This document shows positions 30,836 to 35,609 of a stretch of 35,609 nt of DNA, piece after piece. The position numbers and the translations under genes were made by a program. The stretch is from positions 1-35,609 of the forward strand of contig JBILEG010000001.1 of assembly GCA_044352225.1 (NCBI GenBank), in the 5' to 3' direction. The stretch's first letter is position 1, and each line of letters opens with the position of its first letter. The notes below the pieces were generated by a model, which saw only the letters and a list, made by a program, of their open reading frames with translations, ran no database searches and was not told the DNA's origin. Source of the stretch: Pseudomonadales bacterium (lineage in GTDB: Bacteria > Pseudomonadota > Gammaproteobacteria > Pseudomonadales > UBA5518).

Positions 30836-32563
30836 TCAATAGCGCCAGCTGCGCACATCGGCACCTTTGGGCGCTGTCATCATCATCCGCTCCACCGCCC
30901 ATGGCAGCACCATCAGCGGGTAACGCAAACGGGAGTAGGCGTTGCTGCGCGTCTGGTCGCCGTTCCAGCAGTGCTCGTCGCGGTCGCCGTAATCCACCAC
31001 CGCGTCTGCGGGCGGCTCGGCGCTGCGCAGGAAATCCTCCACCGCGTAGACCGCGTTGTTCAGGTAGTAGTTGTCCATGTCGCCCACGTAGAGGCGGAGC
31101 TTGCCGCGGAGCTTCGGGCCGAGCGTCTTCCAGTCGCGGCGCAAGATGTAGGAGAGATCGTAGTTCTCCTTCCAGTAAGCCACCGTGACCGGGTCGATCT
31201 CGCCGGTCTGCTTGTCCCAGACACGCCGCGGATAACCGTCTTCGCCCACGGGGGAGTACACGGCCTCCCAGATGTCGAACTGGTCCCCCGAGCGCCCACG
31301 CGTGCCGAGCGCGAGTTCCCAGTGGTTGTTCTCCTCGACCGTGGTGTCGATGTGGCCCAGCCAGTTGCGGTGCGCCGGGCGTGGCGTTCGCTTGAAGCGG
31401 TTGGGCATGAAGTAGGCGTTCTTGTCCTCGTAGAGGTTCACCGTCATGTAGTGCCGGAAATCGATGGGATCCGGGCAGGCGATCCAGGCGCCGTTGTAGT
31501 CGTCGGGGTAGAACATCTGCACCGCCATCGCTTCCCAGCCGCCGGTGCTGCCGCCGTAGACGAAGCGCGCCCAGCCTTCGCCAATGCCGCGGAAACGGCG
31601 CTCGATTTCGGGGATCAGTTCGTAGCGTATGGCATCGCCGTAGGGGCCGTTGTTGGCGGAATTCACCGCGTAGGAGTCGTCGTAGAAAGGCGTGGGATGC
31701 TGGATCTCGACCAGCAGCACGCGCGGAAAACCCTTGCCCTGCCACTGCTGGAAGAAATCCCAGGCCATCTGCTGTTCGATGCGGTTGTAGCCCTCGAGCT
31801 GGAAGCGCTCGCTGTACTCGGGTTTCAGATCCGGGTCGGGCGGGGTCTCGCGCCAGTCGGCCGGTGCCGACGGGAAATGCCCGTGGTTGATCACCAGCGG
31901 ATAGCGCGCGTCCGGGTGTTCCCGGAAGCCCATCGGCAGCGTGACGAAGGCGGCGAGATACATGTCCCGTCCCCAGAATTTCGAGAGTCGTTCGCTGCGG
32001 ATGCGGACATGCTTCACCCACGGTGTTTCGGTGAAGGCGGGAATCGGCGGGATTTCCTGGTCGAGCACCAGGTTGAAGACCTTGCTGCCCTCGATGGATG
32101 TGCCATTCCAGCGCACCGTCACAGGTTTGGAGTAGAGGTTGCCGGGCTTGGCACGCCACTGCTGGCCCTCGCCCTTGTCGGGCGCAAGTTTCAGCACGCG
32201 GCCGTCGCCCATGCGGAAGGTCTCGTAGCGGTTCAGGAAGGCCTGCACGCGGTACTCGCCTGCGGGTAGCGCGCTCAGCGTGCGCACCGGAAAGCCGAAG
32301 GCGCTGTCGTCCACGGGGCGGCGCGTGCCCGGCTTCCAACCCTCCACGTCCTGCCCGAAGAACGGAATGGCCGTGCCGCCCCAGCTCACGAGGTCGCGGG
32401 GCTCTTTTTCGGGGGATTGCTCGGCGGGTGCAGCGATGAACAGCAGACGGCCGTCCTGCGCGCCGTCTTTGAAAGCGGCGGGAAGTTCGATCTCGATGGG
32501 CGGCGCCGCGGCGAGCACGGGCGTGCAGGCGAGCAACAGGACGGCAAGCAGGCGGCAGCGCAT
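30836..32563 (-). CDS. secreted alpha/beta-hydrolase, putative-esterase (esterase D / enterochelin-esterase-like) family
   Basis: The ATG at 32563 follows GGAGAA. Signal peptide MRCRLLAVLLLACTPVLAAA. Nucleophile-elbow-like FVYGGSTGGWEA. N-terminal beta-rich domain. It lies 26 bp upstream of the EthD gene on the same strand. Confidence 0.65.
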   Translation of the reverse strand: MRCRLLAVLLLACTPVLAAAPPIEIELPAAFKDGAQDGRLLFIAAPAEQSPEKEPRDLVSWGGTAIPFFGQDVEGWKPGTRRPVDDSAFGFPVRTLSALPAGEYRVQAFLNRYETFRMGDGRVLKLAPDKGEGQQWRAKPGNLYSKPVTVRWNGTSIEGSKVFNLVLDQEIPPIPAFTETPWVKHVRIRSERLSKFWGRDMYLAAFVTLPMGFREHPDARYPLVINHGHFPSAPADWRETPPDPDLKPEYSERFQLEGYNRIEQQMAWDFFQQWQGKGFPRVLLVEIQHPTPFYDDSYAVNSANNGPYGDAIRYELIPEIERRFRGIGEGWARFVYGGSTGGWEAMAVQMFYPDDYNGAWIACPDPIDFRHYMTVNLYEDKNAYFMPNRFKRTPRPAHRNWLGHIDTTVEENNHWELALGTRGRSGDQFDIWEAVYSPVGEDGYPRRVWDKQTGEIDPVTVAYWKENYDLSYILRRDWKTLGPKLRGKLRLYVGDMDNYYLNNAVYAVEDFLRSAEPPADAVVDYGDRDEHCWNGDQTRSNAYSRLRYPLMVLPWAVERMMMTAPKGADVRSWRY

Positions 32564-32667
32564 GTGTTCTTCTCCGTTTGGTGCCGGCGCGATCTTAGCC
32601 CCGCCTGCGTGCCGCGGGTATAGTGCGAAGGCTGTCACTGAGGCCTCGTCGGGCGCGCGCACACCAC

Positions 32668-33561
32668 ATGAACAGGCTCTCGGTCGTTCCCTTCCTCGTT
32701 GCCTGTCTGGGTGTGGCCTTGCTCACGCTGATGGACGCGGTAATGAAGGATCTCTCCCTCGCCATCGGCGTGTACAACGCCATGCTCTGGCGCATGCCGG
32801 CCGGGATCCTGATGGGCGGCACCATCTTCCTCGGCCTGCGCTCGCGCTGGCCATCGGCCGCAGTACTCCGGCTGCACATGCTGCGCAGCGCCGTGGCCAC
32901 GTGCGTGGCGCTGGCGTTTTTCTGGGGCATCGTGCGCGTGCCGCTTGCCGAAGGCATCGCCATTACCTTCGTGGCGCCGCTGATTGCGCTCTATCTCGCG
33001 GCGATCTGGCTCGGGGAGGAGGTGGGAAGTTCTGCCGTGCTGGCCTCTGTGTTAGGCATCGCTGGCGTGGTCGTGATTGTCGCGGGCAAGTTCCAGCTGG
33101 GTTACAGCCGCGAGGCCGTGCTCGGGCTCTCCGCGCTCCTCGGCTCCGCCGTGCTGTACGCATTGAACCTGGTGTTGCAGCGCAAACTCGCGCAGGTGGC
33201 GGCGCCTATCGAGGTGGGCTTCTTCCAGAGCGTGTTCTCGCTTCCCTTGCTGGCGCTGGCGGCGCCTTGGTTCGCCGTGTTCCCGCCCATGGCGGAGGTG
33301 CCCAATGTGTTCGCGGCGGCGGGGTTGGCGCTGCTTTCGGTTGTGCTGTTGTCCTGGGCCTATGCGCGCGCGGAGGCGCAGGTGCTGCTGCCGGTGGAGT
33401 ACACCGCCTTCATATGGGCCGCGCTGCTTGGCTGGATCTGGTGGGGCGAGTCCATCACCGCGTGGACCCTCGCCGGAACGGCGCTGATCGTGGCGGGCTG
33501 TGTGATTGCGAATTACAGGCGCAGACCGCGCGAGGGACACGTGGAGGCGTCGAGCGTTTAG
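32668..33561 (+). CDS. DMT superfamily (EamA-like) transporter
   Basis: ATG at 32668. About 10 TM segments in two EamA-like halves. The typical end is LGWIWWGESITAWTLAGTALIVAGCVI. Confidence 0.85.
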   Translation: MNRLSVVPFLVACLGVALLTLMDAVMKDLSLAIGVYNAMLWRMPAGILMGGTIFLGLRSRWPSAAVLRLHMLRSAVATCVALAFFWGIVRVPLAEGIAITFVAPLIALYLAAIWLGEEVGSSAVLASVLGIAGVVVIVAGKFQLGYSREAVLGLSALLGSAVLYALNLVLQRKLAQVAAPIEVGFFQSVFSLPLLALAAPWFAVFPPMAEVPNVFAAAGLALLSVVLLSWAYARAEAQVLLPVEYTAFIWAALLGWIWWGESITAWTLAGTALIVAGCVIANYRRRPREGHVEASSV

Positions 33562-33571
33562 CAAGGCCGAC

Positions 33572-33672
33572 GTCGGGGGCATGGCCCCCTCCTACAGTTG
33601 CCCGGGGTTTACACGGGGCGTCGGTGATACCAGCCACGCGGTTTTCCTGCAGGAGCGCGACATGCGCGCGAC
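33572..33672. repeat. REP doublet in inverted orientation (REPIN-like)
   Basis: GTCGGGGGCATGGCCCCCTCCTAC (33572-33595) and the inverted GCAGGAGCGCGACATGCGCGCGAC (33649-33672) are separated by 53 bp. These are diverged members of the same REP family. Confidence 0.6.
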
Positions 33673-33737
33673 TCTGCGTTGACCCATCCCTCAAGCATCG
33701 TTCGAGCGCTTCGGGGCGGGGGCCCTCCCGGTGAGCG

Positions 33738-33782
33738 GCCTTCAGCCGCGAGATCGTCTGGAACGATCTCGCGGCTGAAGGC
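33738..33782. repeat. perfect 20-bp-stem inverted repeat with a 5-nt loop
   Basis: GCCTTCAGCCGCGAGATCGT-ctgga-ACGATCTCGCGGCTGAAGGC. It is intergenic, about 180 bp upstream of the FadB-like start, with no adjacent T-run. Confidence 0.8.
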
Positions 33783-33963
33783 AGCCGACGCACAGGGATG
33801 TGCGGCGGCGTGAGCGAACAGGGAGAGCCCCCGGCCCGAAGCGCGGGCGCTGCCATCCCGAGCACGGACCCGAAACGCGAACGTTGCTCCATCCGGATGA
33901 TGCCTCGAACACGACGCCGCGTTTATGCTTCGGCCCCGCACAGCCCCCAGCCCGGAGAACAGC

Positions 33964-35609
33964 ATGCAAGGCCCCGTCAGCGTACGCATCCACGGCCGGA
34001 TCGCGATTGCCGAAGTCGACCACCCGCCAGTGAACGCGCTCTCGCACGGCGTACGTGCAGGCCTGTGGGAGGCGGTTGAACGGGTGGATGCCAGCGCTGA
34101 CCTGGACGCGCTGGTGATCATCTGCGCCGGCCGTACGTTCTTCTCGGGCGCGGACATCAAGGAATTCGGCAAGCCCGCGCAGGATCCGCAACTCCCGCAA
34201 CTGATCGACCGCATCGAGCAGGCGGCGAAACCCGTGATCGCCGCGATCCACGGCAAGGCGCTCGGTGGCGGGCTCGAGCTCGCGCTCGGTTGCCATGCGA
34301 GGGTGGCGCTGTCCTCTGCGCGCATCGGCTTGCCCGAGGTGAAGTTGGGCCTGGTGCCCGGCGCGGGCGGCACGCAGCGCCTGCCGCGGCTGATCGGCTT
34401 TGCGGCAGCAGTGCCCATCGTGGCCGAAGGCGGCGAGGTGCCCGCGCCCAAGGCGCTCGAACTCGGTGCGCTCGATGTGGTGGTTGCAGACCAACTCGAA
34501 GCCGCCGCCGTCGCACACGCCGAAGCGCTTGTCGCAAGCGGTGCGCCGCTGCGCCGTACGCGCGATCTTCCTGCACCCGAAGCGGATGCCGCGTTGGTCG
34601 ACGAAACCCGCAAGGCGCTCGCCAAAAAGAAACGCGGCCACACCGCGCCGCAGGCCGCCATCGACGCCATCCTGCTCGCGCAGTCCTACCCCTTCGACGA
34701 GGCGCTTCACCGCGAGAACGCGCTTTGCCGCGAGCTGATGCAGGGTGCGCAGTCGAAGGCACTGCGTCACCTCTTTGCGGCCGAGCGTGAAGTGGCTCGC
34801 GTGCCGGGCCTGGAGGGTGTCGCGCCGCGCAGCGTGAGCACGGTGGGCGTGGTGGGCACCGGTACGATGGGCGCAGGCATCGTGCAGGCCTTCGCGAATG
34901 CAGGCTTCACCGTGACCGCGGTGGCCTCCAGCGCAGAGAAGGCGAGCGCTGCCACGGGGCGCATCGCCAAGGCCTATGCGGCACTCGTGTCGCGCGGGAG
35001 CCTTGCGCAGGACGAGGCCGATCGCCGCATGGCGCGCATCAGCGTGACGGCAGAGTTGGCGTCATTGGCCAACGCGGATCTTGTCGTCGAGACCGTCACC
35101 GAGGACCTCGCGCGCAAGCAGGCCGTGTTCGCCGCACTCGGCAGCCTGACGCGCCCCGGCACCGTGCTCGCGAGCAACACCTCCTACCTCGACATTGACA
35201 CCCTTGCCGCGGCAAGCGGCCGCCCGGCAGACGTCTGCGGCATGCACTTCTTCAACCCCGCGAACGTGATGCGCCTGCTCGAGAACGTGCGCGGCAAGCA
35301 CACCGCGCCCGAGGTGCTGGCCACCGTGATGGACGTGGGCAAGCGCATCGGCAAGCTGCCGATCATGAGCGGTGTGTGCGAGGGTTTTGTGGTGAACCGC
35401 CTGCTCGGCAAGCGCTCCCGCGAAGGGTTTTTCATGCTGGAGGAGGGCGCCACGCCGGCGCAGATCGACAAGGTGCTCACCGGCTTCGGTTTTCCGATGG
35501 GGCCTTATGCGCTCTCGGATCTCGCCGGTATCGATCTGCAGTACGCCGCGCGGCAGGTGCGCATGGCAGGCCTCACGGAGCGCGAGAAGCGCGCGGATTT
35601 CGTCGACCA
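33964..35609 (+). CDS. bifunctional enoyl-CoA hydratase / 3-hydroxyacyl-CoA dehydrogenase (FadB/FadJ-like), 3'-truncated by the window end
   Basis: Absent from the ORF track because it has no stop in the window. The ATG at 33964 follows GGAGAA. My manual translation is open to the window end. Crotonase block AAIHGKALGGGLELALGCH, NAD fold VGVVGTGTMGAGI, and HFFNPANVMRLLE. Confidence 0.9.
   Translation, partial: MQGPVSVRIHGRIAIAEVDHPPVNALSHGVRAGLWEAVERVDASADLDALVIICAGRTFFSGADIKEFGKPAQDPQLPQLIDRIEQAAKPVIAAIHGKALGGGLELALGCHARVALSSARIGLPEVKLGLVPGAGGTQRLPRLIGFAAAVPIVAEGGEVPAPKALELGALDVVVADQLEAAAVAHAEALVASGAPLRRTRDLPAPEADAALVDETRKALAKKKRGHTAPQAAIDAILLAQSYPFDEALHRENALCRELMQGAQSKALRHLFAAEREVARVPGLEGVAPRSVSTVGVVGTGTMGAGIVQAFANAGFTVTAVASSAEKASAATGRIAKAYAALVSRGSLAQDEADRRMARISVTAELASLANADLVVETVTEDLARKQAVFAALGSLTRPGTVLASNTSYLDIDTLAAASGRPADVCGMHFFNPANVMRLLENVRGKHTAPEVLATVMDVGKRIGKLPIMSGVCEGFVVNRLLGKRSREGFFMLEEGATPAQIDKVLTGFGFPMGPYALSDLAGIDLQYAARQVRMAGLTEREKRADFVD

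Noticed and set aside
30810-32339. N-terminal 500 aa of the 741-aa ORF 30114..32339 (-), and ORF 30971..32269 (+)
   Set aside because: They are alternative-frame or antisense shadows of the esterase-like gene (30836-32563). They are Arg/Gly/Pro-rich without motifs, and the EthD protein has its own AGGAGG-ATG at 30809.
33609-34770. Two long minus-strand ORFs (353 and 342 aa)
   Set aside because: They are antisense to the strongly supported, track-missing FadB-like CDS. Their composition is dominated by Ala/Arg/Ser/Pro and I recognise no domains.
1-35609. Search for mobile elements, prophage, integrase/transposase, restriction-modification, toxin-antitoxin or known defence-system genes
   Set aside because: None of the credible proteins shows signatures of these classes (no DDE/HUH/tyrosine recombinase, nuclease-ATPase, reverse transcriptase, TIR or SIR2 motifs seen by eye). 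The only repeat family is REP-type and non-coding.

Overview
High-GC (roughly two-thirds G+C by eye) proteobacterial chromosomal segment, gene-dense on both strands. I support about 34 protein-coding genes. I see no rRNA or tRNA, and no recognisable transposase, integrase, CRISPR/cas, toxin-antitoxin or known defence genes. Content is a mosaic. Envelope and periplasm genes include an M19 dipeptidase, a YedZ/MsrQ-like heme membrane protein, a DUF481 outer-membrane protein, an OpgC-like acyltransferase with a cupin hydroxylase, signal-peptide-bearing MsrB-MsrA, and a PhoA-PhoD pair behind a Pho-box-like site. Signalling genes are a PAS histidine kinase with a FixJ-type regulator, a hemerythrin-like protein and a RIO-like kinase. 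Catabolic genes include an acyl-CoA dehydrogenase, an ADC-family protein, an amidohydrolase with a KshA-like Rieske oxygenase, an EthD protein with a secreted esterase-like hydrolase, and a FadB-like enzyme. An RNA-metabolism cluster holds a small basic protein, a glycine-rich RRM protein and a DEAD-box helicase. Two window-edge CDSs are missing from the ORF track: a TauE fragment at 3-158 and a FadB-like gene at 33964-35609. Many long track ORFs are antisense shadows typical of high-GC DNA. One REP family (core GTCGCGGGCATGGCCCGCTCCTAC) occurs in three intergenic clusters, one of them an unusual head-to-tail array of seven units. I did not find a classical novel multi-gene system. The items most worth follow-up are: (1) a flavin amine oxidase whose canonical C-terminal FAD-binding segment is encoded at the N-terminus, an apparent circular permutation, translationally coupled to a DUF1631 gene; (2) the RRM / small basic protein / DEAD-box cluster, where an intrinsic terminator sits 23 nt before the helicase start codon; (3) a 570-bp lower-GC intergenic region with nested long-range helices upstream of the hemerythrin-like gene; (4) a RIO-like kinase whose conserved N-terminus has no canonical start codon and abuts the REP array; (5) MsrB/MsrA that both carry export signals but have no visible periplasmic reductant partner. 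All family assignments come from motif recognition by eye; no searches were run.
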